A DNA stretch of 64,000 nt from Eutreptiella sp. 'Long Island Sound 2002' (taxonomy: Eukaryota > Protista > Euglenida), in NCBI GenBank assembly GCA_964036045.1, contig OZ038378.1:180978001-181042000 (forward strand), written 5' to 3'. Position numbers and translations under genes: made by a program. Below the pieces are notes generated by a model that ran no database searches, was not told the DNA's origin, and worked only from the letters and a program-made list of their open reading frames with translations. Within the stretch, counting starts at the first letter, position 1. Each line of letters starts with the position of its first letter. Shown here piece by piece: positions 62,436 to 64,000 of this stretch.

Positions 62436-63653
62436 CAGTCCTGTGGGTGTAACCGTACGCCAGGTGTAGACCTAACTGTACGTAGCTGTACAGGGTAACG
62501 GGCCCTAAGTGTACACAACTATACACCTTCCATTTGTCCAGCCGTACGCAAACGTACACAGATTCTTTCTGGCCGGAAGCCCCTTAGGTGCCGTTTGCGT
62601 CTGATGATGGTGTTTAACTGTACAACACCGGAGGGATGGGGGTGATACAAGTTCATCCACTTGGCCAACCCAGGGCGGTCTTTAAGGACTCTCACTCTCT
62701 GTCTCTCTCTTTTTATTTTATTAAGGAACGCCCTTAAGGACTGCCCTTGGGGGCATTTTTCCACAGGCTGCAACCGCTGTCGGTTACCCTCCACTGCCAT
62801 TGGTATCCCCGGCTTTTTCATAGCATACGCGTAACGGAACAGTTTTCTTTTTTTTTTTGTTAAGGACCGCCCTGGGCCAACCAAAGCTGCTGTACAGGAA
62901 AGACCACCGGGTCAGTTGTTGCAAAATAGTGCCCTTAAACACAAATGCCACCAGCACGAATTTTACCACTCTACTTGCGTTAGGGACCCTTTTTTGCGCG
63001 GGGGGGGGGGGGGGGGGGGGGGGGGGGCTGGGTACCCTTTTTTGCGCTGGGGGGGGGGGGCAAAACTTCTTTGCGTATTGTGGCCACCGTGTGTGTTTTT
63101 GAACCTGGGTCCTGAGAACTTTTTTGTTGTATATGGACCCTATCCTATGTAAAGGATGTTTTAGACCCAATTCATGTGCTTTTCACCCTATTTGGGTGTT
63201 TGGACGGGGGCAAGGGGCTGGGACACAACCTGCTCATGCGATTTTCCACTCTCGGCAGCTCAAAAATAGAAATTTTCGAAACCGATTTTTTTGATATTCT
63301 GACCATTCATAATGATCAAATATCCTACGTAAAGCATGTTTTAGACCCTCTATATGTGTTTTTCACCCTATTTGGGTGTTGGAAGGGGGATGGGGGGCTT
63401 CTGAATGACTTCGTGACGAGCTAACTGATTGACTGACTGTGCTCCCTCCCTCTTCGAGGTGTCTTGCCAATAGGCAATATAGTTTCTCAGCATTGAGACG
63501 TTTCCTCTCTGCACATGTTGTCCCACCCCATTGTAAGTGTACATGAGCCTACATGGCTTTCATGGCTAAGCGTGCGCAACCGTACGTAGCTGGTGTGAGT
63601 ACGGTTATACACGTTATACAGGTTATACACGTACGGTTATAGCCACAGGACTG
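62436..63653. mobile_element. hAT-type non-autonomous element, 1218 bp
   Basis: TIR CAGTCCTGTGGSTRTAACCGTACG; 8-bp TSD AGCATTAT (62428-62435, 63654-63661). Confidence 0.9.
62671..62874. mobile_element. hAT-type MITE, 204 bp, nested; related to 26029-26346
   Basis: TIR CAGGGCGGTCYTTAA; 8-bp TSD GGCCAACC (62663-62670, 62875-62882). Confidence 0.9.
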
Positions 63654-64000
63654 AGCATTATTCTTCAGCCTGTGCTGGCCTTATGCCCACTGTGACCAAC
63701 TGATGGCTCATGGGAGCCTCAAGGGAACAACAAGTGCAGATCTTGTTTCCGATCATCAAATACACTACCACTGGGATCGGCAACAATGTAGCTATCCTAG
63801 TGGCCCAGGGATCGGATCCCACTATGGAAACTCTTGGATTGTACCCTTGAAGCACTTACCAATACTCACAAGTACATCTTGGTTTCATGGTTGATAAAAT
63901 AGTAACTGCACAGGTAGTTTCCCTGGCAGATAGTTGTTTTTTTTGGAAGGAACAGCAGAAAAGAGCAGTGCATGCCGCTCGGGTTTAGCATTGCTACTTG

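Overview
Eukaryotic nuclear DNA, probably from a euglenid (inferred from a spliced-leader-like motif and the gene and repeat style; not verified). Hand-splicing GT-AG, phase-compatible exons across 1-5.5 kb transposon-filled introns gives four host coding units on the + strand. (1) The 3' end of an FAD-dependent DAO-family oxidoreductase. (2) A 3-exon gene with a SAM-like N-terminus (15111-23311). (3) An ankyrin-repeat protein ending in an apparently intact R-S-E mono-ADP-ribosyltransferase (ART) domain (~25054-39179), possibly one gene with (2). (4) A CFAP92-like gene (49120 to beyond 62123) with a spliced-leader-like relic just upstream. The rest is mostly mobile DNA: two decayed Harbinger/ISL2EU-type transposases with a C-terminal Cys-rich finger, three nested copies of a Helentron/DINE-like element, an Ngaro-type split-direct-repeat retroelement remnant, nested MITEs with 8-bp and 6-bp target-site duplications (TSDs), an intronic J-domain ORF, and two satellites with higher-order repeats. 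No CRISPR, rRNA or intact tRNA was found. All calls were made by eye, without database searches.
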